NCBI GenBank assembly: GCA_964384105.1
Contig: CAYLJV010000002.1
Coordinates: forward strand, 100,687-164,686
DNA: 64,000 bases
Source of the DNA: Candidatus Hadarchaeota archaeon
Lineage (GTDB): Archaea; Hadarchaeota; Hadarchaeia; Hadarchaeales; JAGGTB01
Direction: 5' to 3'
In this document: positions 10,076 to 19,213 of the stretch, piece by piece
Layout: every line of letters begins with the position of its first letter
Position numbering within the stretch: position 1 is the stretch's first letter
Program-made: the position numbers and the translations under genes
The notes under the pieces: model-generated
Databases searched by the model: none
What the model saw: the letters and a program-made list of their open reading frames with translations, nothing else
What the model was told of the DNA's origin: nothing

Positions 10076-10083
10076 GGAGGTGA
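10076..10083 (+). promoter_or_regulatory. strong Shine-Dalgarno site of the histone gene, with a TATA-like TTTAAATA about 50 nt upstream
   Basis: GGAGGTGA 6 nt before ATG 10090; TTTTAAATAAA near 10028-10038. Confidence 0.7.
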
Positions 10084-10089
10084 ATATGT

Positions 10090-10284
10090 ATGGCTGAACT
10101 TCCAAAAGCAACAATCAAAAGAGTTTTCACAGACGCTGGAGCTGAGAGAGTTTCCGGAGATGTTCCCGACGCAGTAAATAAGATAGTAGAAGAAATAGCA
10201 AAAGGTGCAATTAAATCATGCGAAGCAGACGGACGAAAAACGGTTAGTGCTGATGATTTAAGACTAGTCGTAGTGGTACAATAG
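10090..10284 (+). CDS. archaeal histone-fold protein, atypical (short alpha2 helix)
   Basis: MAELP.A.IKR...AGAERVS ... GRKTV..DD histone signature. Confidence 0.9.
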   Translation: MAELPKATIKRVFTDAGAERVSGDVPDAVNKIVEEIAKGAIKSCEADGRKTVSADDLRLVVVVQ

Positions 10285-10325
10285 GAAATTAATAACTAAT
10301 TTTTTGTTTTTATCAAAAACCTATC

Positions 10326-10721
10326 TTAAAAACTTCTTTTATCTACAATTTTTTTCCTATTCAGAGACTCTACATATTCCACTTCATCTCCCTCTTCAAC
10401 TTCGCCTCTAAGCTCCAGAGGAATTGGGAGTTCAAAAGTTTCATAAGTAGAAAGATCCATAAGCTGAGCACTATCCCTGATTATCGCTACTATCTGGGCG
10501 TTTTTACTTTCAACCTCTGGTACTGTAACCTCATCATCCAAATTCTTTACCATAGTCCTTTTTTGGCCATCGAAAAGACCCTCAACATATACCTTTTCTT
10601 TCTTCGGATCGCTACTCTTAGTTGACGAGGAGGTCTTTTTTGTAATTACACAGGGGTCGCCATTAACAACTATATACTCTCCGACTTTAAGATCTCCAAT
10701 CTTTGCTTTTTGTTTTGCCAT
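10326..10721 (-). CDS. aIF5A-like translation factor lacking the GKHG hypusine motif
   Basis: DLKVGEYIV.NG.PC, GLFDGQKR, AQIVAI, QLMDL.TYETFEL, EG.EVEY are all aIF5A hallmarks. Confidence 0.88.
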   Translation of the reverse strand: MAKQKAKIGDLKVGEYIVVNGDPCVITKKTSSSTKSSDPKKEKVYVEGLFDGQKRTMVKNLDDEVTVPEVESKNAQIVAIIRDSAQLMDLSTYETFELPIPLELRGEVEEGDEVEYVESLNRKKIVDKRSF

Positions 10722-10815
10722 GAAAACACCATTTTCCTTTGTTAAGAACTTCTTTAAATCCTTAGCAAAAAAACTTACTACTAGCTTTACAGTAAAATTT
10801 AACGGAGATATTTAG

Positions 10816-11616
10816 ATGAAAATCGGTATAGTTTCTCGATTGGATTCACAAAAAGCTCTTGACCTGGCCGCAGAAATAGAAAATTTTCTTTCAGAAGAGG
10901 AGGTCTTTTTAGAAAAGGGACTAGCGGAAAAGCTCGGAAAAGAAAAAACATCTATAGAAGAAATGAATGTAGACTCAATAATAACGGTAGGTGGTGATGG
11001 AACTGTTCTATACACCCTTCAAAGATCTCCGGAAACACCGATATTAGGAATTAATATGGGAGGAATGGGGTTTTTAGCAGACGTTAAACCCGCTGAGTCC
11101 TACGATGCCATCGAAAAACTCACTAGAGGACAGTTAAAAATAGTTGAAAGAGAGCGACTCGCAGTGGAAATATCTGGAGAACAACTAGCCATAGCCCTGA
11201 ACGAGGGGGTAATAAGATCCCAAGAACCAAGCAGAATTCTCTCTTTTAGCGTTAGCATAGACGGAGAAGAAGTAGAAAAGAATAGAGGAGACGGTATAAT
11301 AGTCGCTACTCCAACTGGAAGCACAGCCTACGCTATGTCCGCCGGGGGCCCTATACTTGACCCCAAAGTGAAAGCATTTGTAGCAGTTCCTTTGAATACC
11401 CACAGATTAAGAGCCATGCCCCTAGTATATCCAATGTCCTCCACACTTCAAATCAAACTCCTAGAATCAAAAAGAAAAGCAGACGTTACAGTAGACGGAC
11501 AAGTAACTAAAGAAGCAGACCAAGACGACGTAATAAGTTTCAAACATTCAGATAAGAGCGCAAAATTTTACGATTGGAATGAAAATCTCTATAAAAAGAT
11601 CGGGGAGAAATTTTAA
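10816..11616 (+). CDS. nadK: NAD kinase
   Basis: GGDGT, GIN.G..GFLA, LNE, DGIIVATPTGSTAYAMSAGGP, VDGQ. Confidence 0.95.
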   Translation: MKIGIVSRLDSQKALDLAAEIENFLSEEEVFLEKGLAEKLGKEKTSIEEMNVDSIITVGGDGTVLYTLQRSPETPILGINMGGMGFLADVKPAESYDAIEKLTRGQLKIVERERLAVEISGEQLAIALNEGVIRSQEPSRILSFSVSIDGEEVEKNRGDGIIVATPTGSTAYAMSAGGPILDPKVKAFVAVPLNTHRLRAMPLVYPMSSTLQIKLLESKRKADVTVDGQVTKEADQDDVISFKHSDKSAKFYDWNENLYKKIGEKF

Positions 11617-11617
11617 A

Positions 11618-12112
11618 TTGGAAGAAAAAGTCCTAGTTCCGGATACTTCAGCCCTAATTGCCGGATTCACACCTAGCCTAGAAAAAAGAAAACAATACAT
11701 AGTTCCAAAAGTTCTAGATGAAGCACGGAGTATGCCTTTAAAATTAAAACTTGAAACGGCAATGAACTCAGGACAGGTGAGGATGCAACAACCTTCTCAA
11801 GAGTTCGTAGAAAAGGTAGAAAATAAAGTCGAAAAAACCAAGGATCACGTTTCTCCTACCGATATCCAAATATTGGCCTTAGCCAAAGAACTACAAAAAG
11901 CTGGAAAGGACCCAGAAATAATAACCGATGACTATGCGATTCAAAATCTCGCCGAGCTACTGAATATAAAATACTCACATGTAGCCAAACCAGGAATAAG
12001 TGAAGTATATGAATGGGAAAGAAAATGCCTTGCATGTGGAAGAAGATACAGTGAAGATATAGAAAAATGCAGAATCTGTGGATCTAAACTAATAAGGAAA
12101 CCAAAGGACTAA
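11618..12112 (+). CDS. nob1: Nob1-family PIN endonuclease with C-terminal Zn ribbon
   Basis: DTSA, SPTD, TDDYAIQN, CxxC...CxxCG; probable TTG start at 11618. Confidence 0.9.
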   Translation: MEEKVLVPDTSALIAGFTPSLEKRKQYIVPKVLDEARSMPLKLKLETAMNSGQVRMQQPSQEFVEKVENKVEKTKDHVSPTDIQILALAKELQKAGKDPEIITDDYAIQNLAELLNIKYSHVAKPGISEVYEWERKCLACGRRYSEDIEKCRICGSKLIRKPKD

Positions 12113-13140
12113 GATTCCCAAGTTTTAGAGAGTTTTATACCTGACCATGCTATTCCGGTAGCGCTGAAGAGACTAGTAAACCAGAAAGAAACACCCCTAT
12201 CCAAAAGAGCAGCACTTAAGGCCACACCAGCCGGTACCCCCGCCGCTTTAAATATAACGATATATGCTCCTTCTACTACCCCCAAACCCCCGGGTATGGG
12301 AACTATTTGAAGAACCAACCCGAGAGTGAGTGCCAATACCACGGTAACTAGAGAAACGGGCTCACCCAGAGCCAAAAAAACTATCCACATACGCAATATA
12401 GATAAAAACCAGTATATACTTGAAAGAGCGACCGCAGGACCTGCATACCTCTTATTACCAAGTATGCGCGGGGATCCTTCTGCAAATCCTTCCATAAACT
12501 CTTCTACTTTTCTCTCCACATACTCAATAGGCCTAAATTTAGTAATTATTCTCCTCAATTTTTGAATGAGCCACTGGATAAAGCTCTTAGCGGGTTTAGG
12601 GCGAATAGAAACATACAAAAAAGCGATTAGCACTATTATCACAAAAATAGACGTGATTAAAAGTACTATCGTCAAATACAGAGATATATCCCAAATGAAA
12701 ATGGCTGTAGAGAGAGAAGCGAGTATAATAAAGATAAATGGTATCCCATCAACCGCCCTATCCGCAACAACTGTAGCAAAACTCTTTCCAATCGGAACTT
12801 CACCAAGCTCAGAGAACATATACGCTCTTAGGGGGTCTCCACCAACATTGCCGCTTGGAACCACCGTATTCACGAAAATACCGGACAAAAGAATAGGAAA
12901 CATTCTCCTCGCTCCAACATTCAAACCAATCGCTTGAGTAAGAATCTTCCACTTAGAAAGCCAGATCATAATAGCCAAGACCTGAACTACAAAGGCCAAA
13001 GCATAGATAGAACTATTTGTCTTGGAAATGGCCTCCAATATTCTGTCGATACCAGTAATCAGAGTTAGCGCAAAAATGATGACTACTCCGATCAAAAAAA
13101 ACGGAATGGCCTTTTTAAGAGAGAAACGCGAATCGAACAC
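12109..13140 (-). CDS. lysylphosphatidylglycerol synthase-like / UPF0104 flippase membrane protein
   Basis: Multi-TM; N..P...GGDP.R, DR..D, PIPGGLGVVE, DR...FW motifs. Confidence 0.85.
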   Translation of the reverse strand: MFDSRFSLKKAIPFFLIGVVIIFALTLITGIDRILEAISKTNSSIYALAFVVQVLAIMIWLSKWKILTQAIGLNVGARRMFPILLSGIFVNTVVPSGNVGGDPLRAYMFSELGEVPIGKSFATVVADRAVDGIPFIFIILASLSTAIFIWDISLYLTIVLLITSIFVIIVLIAFLYVSIRPKPAKSFIQWLIQKLRRIITKFRPIEYVERKVEEFMEGFAEGSPRILGNKRYAGPAVALSSIYWFLSILRMWIVFLALGEPVSLVTVVLALTLGLVLQIVPIPGGLGVVEGAYIVIFKAAGVPAGVALSAALLDRGVSFWFTSLFSATGIAWSGIKLSKTWES

Positions 13141-13210
13141 AGTTATCCCTATCCATTTAATCTTAAAAAACGCTTAAAAGCTCCTACCATTAATCAAGAT
13201 ATGGAAGCAA

Positions 13211-13921
13211 ATGGACCTTTTTAAAATCGGTTTTATTCCCATAGGTGGAAAAAAGGAAGAGAAAACATTCGAAATCCTAGTAGTACTCTCCAAAACTGTA
13301 GTGAAATGTGTAGAAAAATTCCGAGATGGAGTAAACGAATTCTCTAAAAACAATCTTGAGAAAGGTCGGGAAATATTAAGTGAAGTGGAGAAACTCGAAT
13401 CAGAAGCAGACGAACACAACTTTAAGTTCAAGTCCAGACTAGGCGGGGGAGCATTTCTTCCCACTTACAGAGGAGACCTATCAAAACTCTCCGAGTCCAT
13501 TGACGACATAGCAGATGTGGCAGAAAGATCAATTAGAGAAATAAACCGAAGGCCTCGAGTATTTGAAGATCTTAAAAAAGCCGAAAAGAAAAACGAAAAA
13601 GCAGAATTTCTCAGACTAGGACTCGTAGATCTGGCCGAGAAAGCAGTAAAATCCACAAGGGCGCTAGACAAAGCCACCTCTGTCCTTATGAAAAATATGG
13701 ACGAAGCAGCGAAAAGAGCAGAAGGAATTCACAAACGAGAACAAGAATCAGATAGAAAAGAAAACGAACTAGCAATGGAGCTTTATAAGCACGAAGATTT
13801 ATTGAACCCCATAACCGTGATGCAAATAAAAGAATTAATCAAGAGCTTTGGTCAGATATCGGACGCAGCTGAAGATTCCGGAAATATACTTTCCGCAATG
13901 GTATATTCAATAAAAGCTTGA
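13211..13921 (+). CDS. DUF47 / PhoU-like Pit accessory protein
   Basis: Two E..AD / D..E repeats (LESEAD, IDDIADVAE, ISDAAED); adjacent to a PiT gene. Confidence 0.85.
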   Translation: MDLFKIGFIPIGGKKEEKTFEILVVLSKTVVKCVEKFRDGVNEFSKNNLEKGREILSEVEKLESEADEHNFKFKSRLGGGAFLPTYRGDLSKLSESIDDIADVAERSIREINRRPRVFEDLKKAEKKNEKAEFLRLGLVDLAEKAVKSTRALDKATSVLMKNMDEAAKRAEGIHKREQESDRKENELAMELYKHEDLLNPITVMQIKELIKSFGQISDAAEDSGNILSAMVYSIKA

Positions 13922-13939
13922 ATTACAACTTATCGAATC

Positions 13940-14968
13940 CTAAAATACAACAAAAGAAATCCAACCAAAGAAAAAGGAGAGTGCTGCAGCAACTAGTGGT
14001 GTTACAATCCAAGTCAATGCTATTCGGCCAACTTTACCCTTACTCACAGTAGCCAAACCCTTTACAAGCCCTACTCCTATTATACCACCTACTATCGCCT
14101 GAGAAGTCGAAACAGGGATTCCAAACTGATTAAAACTCCAAACGGTGATAGCAGCTCCTATCTGGGCCGAAGAAGCGGTAATAGAATCCAACCTCGTTAT
14201 CCCGAAACCTACAGTCTGCATAACCCTGCGACTATATGTCACAGCTCCGACAATTAAGGCAACGCCGCCGAATAATGCTACGACTTGATGAGACCAAATT
14301 GCCTGTTTCCCTAAAACAACGCTTAGAACCCCCATTCCCGCACCAACATCGTTAGTTCCTAAAGTATATGCCGTGAAACAACCGGCCACTACGGAAAGAA
14401 AGCCAAAAACCCGATTAATAGTTATGAGATTTTTTATCCAAGATAAGGCACTTGAAAAAATTCTATAGAAGATAAAAGCCAGCGCAATGGCACCTAAAGG
14501 TGATAATATCCAGCTCAAGGCTATAGTTCCTAGTCTACCGAATTGAACACTCGCAGTAGTTCCATTTATCGGACCAAGAACAGATATTAAAATCCCGGAC
14601 CCCATAACCGCCCCCAATATCGACTGAGACGTAGAAACGGGGAACCCAAAAGTTGTTGCTATAGTAACCCATATCCCCGCCGCTAGTAATGTAAGAATAG
14701 CTATTAGCGGGAGCTGAGATAGAGGGTTACTCTCTCCAGGAGGTGGCACTATAATATCTTCACCAATCGTCTTCATAACCGCTCCACCTTCCAAGACGGC
14801 ACCCAAAATAACGAATATAATGAGTATCAGGATCGCTTTTCTGTAACTTAGGACACCACCACCCACTGGCGCTCCCATCGCATTAGCCGCATCATTAGCA
14901 CCGATGTTCCATGCTAGGTAGAACCCCACTAACAAGGAGAGCCACAGAATATAATCGATTAAAACCAC
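13940..14968 (-). CDS. inorganic phosphate transporter, PiT family
   Basis: GANDAANA and GTNDV signatures, two PVSTSQ motifs. Confidence 0.93.
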   Translation of the reverse strand: MVLIDYILWLSLLVGFYLAWNIGANDAANAMGAPVGGGVLSYRKAILILIIFVILGAVLEGGAVMKTIGEDIIVPPPGESNPLSQLPLIAILTLLAAGIWVTIATTFGFPVSTSQSILGAVMGSGILISVLGPINGTTASVQFGRLGTIALSWILSPLGAIALAFIFYRIFSSALSWIKNLITINRVFGFLSVVAGCFTAYTLGTNDVGAGMGVLSVVLGKQAIWSHQVVALFGGVALIVGAVTYSRRVMQTVGFGITRLDSITASSAQIGAAITVWSFNQFGIPVSTSQAIVGGIIGVGLVKGLATVSKGKVGRIALTWIVTPLVAAALSFFFGWISFVVF

Positions 14969-15016
14969 CTAATCATATTACCAAACAAAAATTCTAACCT
15001 TAGAAAGGATAAAAAT

Positions 15017-15505
15017 CTATATTCTCAATATTTCTACGTCTAATTTTTTGGTATCAAGTAAACCTACCGTTCTTTCTTCGGCTAAATATCCCGATACGGC
15101 TCCGGGATTTATCACTAGCGGATTTTCTTTAATTCCAGACTTGTGGGTGTGGCCCCTGACTACAACATCGTACTTTCCACTCGCAGCTAGCGATTCAACA
15201 ATCTCCTCATTCTCGCCATGGAACAAAGCGATATTATGATCATCTATCTCAATAGATTCAAAACTTCCGGCCGGTTCTATACCAATTTCCTCGAACTTTT
15301 TAAGAATATGCAGCCTGTCTCCCTCATTATTTCCCCAAACGTAATGAAGCTTAGCATCCAGATCAGAAAGCTTCGAAATCACGAAAGGTGATACCAAATC
15401 ACCAGCATGTAGAACGCGATCGACACTTACGTCATTGAATATCTTGACCGCTTTTTCAGTAGCATCAAGGTTATCGTGAGTATCCGACATCAAACCAACT
15501 TTCAA
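15017..15505 (-). CDS. YfcE/MJ0936-family metallophosphoesterase
   Basis: SDTHDN, HAGD, GNNE, HG, GHTH, INPG. Confidence 0.9.
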   Translation of the reverse strand: MKVGLMSDTHDNLDATEKAVKIFNDVSVDRVLHAGDLVSPFVISKLSDLDAKLHYVWGNNEGDRLHILKKFEEIGIEPAGSFESIEIDDHNIALFHGENEEIVESLAASGKYDVVVRGHTHKSGIKENPLVINPGAVSGYLAEERTVGLLDTKKLDVEILRI

Positions 15506-15528
15506 GTAATCACCCCCATAACACTCAA

Positions 15529-16695
15529 TCAGTGGGAATTAACAGATTCATTCATTTCAATACCAATCAATTCTAAAATTAATCTCCCTGTCCTCTCAAT
15601 ATTTTCAACTTTGATATTGTCCGGAACATCCTCCCTGGTATGGATATTGGAATTTAATCTCAAACAAACATTTGAAAGATTGAAAACTCTTTCAAGAAAC
15701 TCGTGGAATTTCTCTTTTTCCTCCGGATCAAGGGAAGTCAAGGTTGTTGCCTTTATGCCTTTTTCAACGAAAGGAATATGATCATGGTAAGAAATAGGAG
15801 CCCAGAAACTTTCCGTGCTTATTTTATCCTCAATTTCTTTATTTAACTGAGTAGCTGTAAACTTCTTCATGAGAGTTCCGTTTCCGCGCACTAACGCCAG
15901 TTTTTCTCCACTTCCCAAAGAATCTAGATTCAAGAAGAAATCCGCACTGTCAACTTCTTTGGAAAACTCCTTGGAACCGGCCAAATTCTGCTCTTCACCT
16001 CCAAAAGCAACAAAAACTAGCTCTGTATCCCCAGGCTTCACCTCTGAAGCGACCCTAGCTACTTCAAGCATTACAGAAACTCCTGAAGCATTATCATTAG
16101 CACCAGGAGAAACCAAGCTCTCGTAGGCCCAAAAGAGGAATCCAGAAAGAAAAATATAGGGGATTAAAATTCCAATCCAGCCCACAAGCCAAGCTGTATA
16201 TCCTATGGAAAAACGGAAAATTGAAAGTGCCAAGAAAGCAGCGAGAAGTATGGGGAACCCAATTTTAAAAAAATAAATCCATTTTAAGCTCTTTACGCAG
16301 CGAGCCGAATCGTAATGGGCCCCAACTATTATTTTTCTATTAACTTTATCTTCAGGAACTAATCTCGAAATTACGTTTCTATCTCTTTTCTTCGGGATAA
16401 TCCAAGACAGAGAATAGACGGAAACATAACCGGCTATGAGAATAAAAAATGAATAAAGTGAACTAAGAAACGGAGCGACTACGAATATTCCGGCTAATAT
16501 CAAGACCATAAGACGATTCTTCAAAACTTCATCAACAAAACGGAAATCCTGAAATCTCGTCTTCAAATCAAAACTTTCAAATTGTTCCCCTATGTATTCG
16601 GCTGCCTTTTTCGACCTTTTCCCACCAGCCAATCTTGGGCCTATCTCATATGTTAGATTATCGATATGCTCAAAAACCTTTTTAGACTCGATCAA
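15529..16695 (-). CDS. membrane-bound M28 family metallopeptidase
   Basis: GAHYDS, GANDNASG, GEE..L.GS, NLD, DH.PF, HT.ED; inserted TM hairpins. Confidence 0.85.
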   Translation of the reverse strand: MIESKKVFEHIDNLTYEIGPRLAGGKRSKKAAEYIGEQFESFDLKTRFQDFRFVDEVLKNRLMVLILAGIFVVAPFLSSLYSFFILIAGYVSVYSLSWIIPKKRDRNVISRLVPEDKVNRKIIVGAHYDSARCVKSLKWIYFFKIGFPILLAAFLALSIFRFSIGYTAWLVGWIGILIPYIFLSGFLFWAYESLVSPGANDNASGVSVMLEVARVASEVKPGDTELVFVAFGGEEQNLAGSKEFSKEVDSADFFLNLDSLGSGEKLALVRGNGTLMKKFTATQLNKEIEDKISTESFWAPISYHDHIPFVEKGIKATTLTSLDPEEKEKFHEFLERVFNLSNVCLRLNSNIHTREDVPDNIKVENIERTGRLILELIGIEMNESVNSH

Positions 16696-16827
16696 ACTCT
16701 CACCAAAATTTTACTAACGATTATACTTTTACACAAATTCTCTATGGCTCAAACAAAGGTATAAAAAGTTGGTAAGTGTCACCTTCAAATATTATTTATC
16801 AGTAATTAATCCAATGATTAGATGCCT

Positions 16828-16915
16828 GCGGGGGTTGCCGAGCCAGGTCAAAGGCGAGGGACTCAAGATCCCTTCTCGTAGGAGTTCGAGGGTTCGAAGC
16901 CCTCCCCCCGCACCA
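16828..16915 (+). tRNA. tRNA-Leu(CAA)
   Basis: GCGGGGG/CCCCCGC acceptor stem, AGGGA-CTCAAGA-TCCCT anticodon arm, long variable arm, encoded CCA. Confidence 0.96.
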
Positions 16916-17141
16916 CTCTTTGCCTGACTCAAAAAGGCCTAAAAGTTCCCTAATTCCATTTTCAAGGAATTTAATAATTTTAATCCCCCCACTCTAGCTT
17001 TCTACTGATCGAGTAACAACTCAAGGGTCAGGGCACTCGGATCTATAACCAGTAGAAACATCAGACTTTCTAAATAATCTACATAATTTTCATAAAAGGA
17101 GATACGGGTTTCATAAGGAGACTTTGAAAACCAGAAAAAAA

Positions 17142-17450
17142 TCATAAATTAGAACTGTCAATACTTTCCTTCAATTTCATTATTTTACTGTCAATCCGTT
17201 GTACTCTCCGTATAGACCTGACTATTAGATAAGCTCCCAATAATATCAGTCCAATACAGATAATCAAGAGAAATATGAAAAGATATAGAACTTCGCTTAT
17301 ATTATAGTACTGAGAAGCTGCAGTCAAAATAGTAAAAACTGATATCGGTATAGTAAATAGAGCTAGACCAGTTCTCAAAACTGACAGAGAAGTTCTTTTT
17401 TCTGAAAGCAAAACCCTAATTTCATTAAAAAGAGTAGATTTATCATCCAT
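17142..17450 (-). CDS. small membrane protein, DUF202/YidH-like
   Basis: L.EKRT.LS.LRTGLAL motif plus two TM helices; ATG at 17450. Confidence 0.65.
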   Translation of the reverse strand: MDDKSTLFNEIRVLLSEKRTSLSVLRTGLALFTIPISVFTILTAASQYYNISEVLYLFIFLLIICIGLILLGAYLIVRSIRRVQRIDSKIMKLKESIDSSNL

Positions 17451-17590
17451 TTTTGGTCCTACCACATAATGTCCCCCATCAGGCCGAAGATACACATCAC
17501 ATTTGTTGATTATAAATTTTCACTTTAGGTTAAAACATAATCATCAGAAACCAAAGAAAAATCAACTAACAGAGATATTCACGCTCTGAA

Positions 17591-17711
17591 AATCAAAAAG
17601 GGGAGGAGACACTGTACTTCCCCCTTGGAGGTGAGAATACCAGTCAACTGAAATTGTTGAAAGTAACAAGAACACTTTCAAGAATTCACATTCTCCTCCC
17701 TTTCATTGATT
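17591..17711. other. intergenic element bounded by an imperfect inverted repeat, with internal hairpins (candidate ncRNA or MITE)
   Basis: AATCAA-AAAG-GGGAGGAGA (17591-17609) pairs with TCTCCTCCC-TTTCA-TTGATT (17692-17711); internal TTGAAAGT/ACTTTCAA stem. Confidence 0.45.
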
Positions 17712-17941
17712 GTGTTACCCATCAATCATAAAATTTTCTAAATCTAGAAGATGAAGAAACGAAATTTCGGCCAATATTTTTTGAAAAGTCTCAAAGTGAA
17801 TATTTCTAGTTTTAGTTAAAAACAATATTTCAAAAGGAATTTAGAATGAATTAACCGTTCATCCCTAAATATCCCCCAAGAATAGTTGAAGATTTACAAA
17901 ACATTTTTTTATCTCTCAGAAAAAGAATTAGTGGTGGAAAT

Positions 17942-18379
17942 ATGCCTACGAAACAGGAATTATTGGAAGAAAAGACCGTAAAAGAATTGACTCAAATGGC
18001 TAGAGACAAGGATCTATCGGGCTATTCCCAGATGAACAAGCCCGGACTAGTAGACTTAATCAAATCAAATTACACAAAAGCGGAAATACAGGATTGGCCT
18101 AAGAAAAAAGAAAAAACCAAAAAAGAAACTAAAAAAGAAAAGAAGACCAAAGAACCAGAAGCCCCGAAAGAAACTGAAGAAACAGAGACAACCGAAATTA
18201 GCAAAGAAGAACTTAAAAAACCGAAAAGCGTTGAAACCGTGGAAGTCGAAGGAGATTTCGAAAGAGTACCTCGACCCCAGCCTAAAAAAACAACGACAAA
18301 AAACCGATGGCCGATTATCGCCGTAATAATTGTATTGGTAATAATAGCTATTGCCCTAATCGCTTGGGCAGTCGTATAA
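17942..18379 (+). CDS. Rho_N (helix-extension-helix) domain protein with charged linker and C-terminal TM anchor
   Basis: LEEKTVKELTQMARDKDLSGYSQMNKPGLVDLI fits the Rho_N pattern; K/E/T/P-rich linker; terminal hydrophobic WPIIAVIIVLVIIAIALIAWAVV. Confidence 0.75.
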   Translation: MPTKQELLEEKTVKELTQMARDKDLSGYSQMNKPGLVDLIKSNYTKAEIQDWPKKKEKTKKETKKEKKTKEPEAPKETEETETTEISKEELKKPKSVETVEVEGDFERVPRPQPKKTTTKNRWPIIAVIIVLVIIAIALIAWAVV

Positions 18380-18446
18380 AACGATTTCAGAGTTATCAGA
18401 GCAGAACAAAGCCATGAAAGTCTAGCTGTAGCTTTCGAGAATTTGG

Positions 18447-19106
18447 CTAAGATACCTTCAACTTTAATAAATCTAAAAATATCCTTAATCCACTAGCTAT
18501 AGTAGTACCCGACGCCTTAGAATATTCAGTAAAAATACCTTTTATGGGAATCGCTTGGAAACGTAAATTCTCCATCCCGACCTGTATTACTATCTCAGAA
18601 GACACAGCATAACGATCACTCCTGATTTCGATTTTTTCCAAAGCCCGAGGACCAAAAGCCCTGAACCCTGATTGAGAATCAGTCAAAACTCCTCCTAACA
18701 TATACGTAATAACATCTAATCCATAATTTCCAATTCTCTTATTCAAAGGCATCTGATCCCGATCCCGCTCTCCCACAGCGAAATCTGCACCATCTAATGC
18801 ATCCACCAACCGGTCAATGTCTGTAGGATCATGCTGACCATCAGCGTCAAAAGTAACTACTACCTCAGCGCCTTTATCCCGCGCCTTGTTTAAACCAGTT
18901 CTAATCGCAGCCCCCAGACCACGATTTTCTTCGTGAATAACGACCTCTGCTCCGAAATCACGAGAAATATCGGCCGTCCTATCCTGAGAACCATCGTCAA
19001 CCACTATTATTTTCTCGTATTCCTCTTTCCTCAATCCCTCTAAAACAGAGCCTATACTCTTTTCCTCTTCATATGCAGGTATAACGATCCAAATATCCTT
19101 CGACAT
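18447..19106 (-). CDS. GT2 glycosyltransferase (Dol-P-Man synthase-like)
   Basis: VIPAY.E, VVDDGS.D, N.GLG.A, FDADGQH, DSQSGFRA. Confidence 0.92.
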   Translation of the reverse strand: MSKDIWIVIPAYEEEKSIGSVLEGLRKEEYEKIIVVDDGSQDRTADISRDFGAEVVIHEENRGLGAAIRTGLNKARDKGAEVVVTFDADGQHDPTDIDRLVDALDGADFAVGERDRDQMPLNKRIGNYGLDVITYMLGGVLTDSQSGFRAFGPRALEKIEIRSDRYAVSSEIVIQVGMENLRFQAIPIKGIFTEYSKASGTTIASGLRIFLDLLKLKVS

Positions 19107-19213
19107 CGAAATTATAATTGATTAGTTATAAATAAAGTCTATTCCCAAATATCCGAATCTAAAGCCCAAACAAAAGCTTAAGATAAAGCAACGGTTTTAA
19201 GCATGAACAATCA

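Noticed and set aside
16891-16903. tRNA-Leu T-loop TTCGAAG (G at position 60)
   Set aside because: A single-base variant with all stems intact; not enough to call a pseudo-tRNA.
16916-18400. Possible island downstream of tRNA-Leu
   Set aside because: No duplicated tRNA 3' end or integrase seen.
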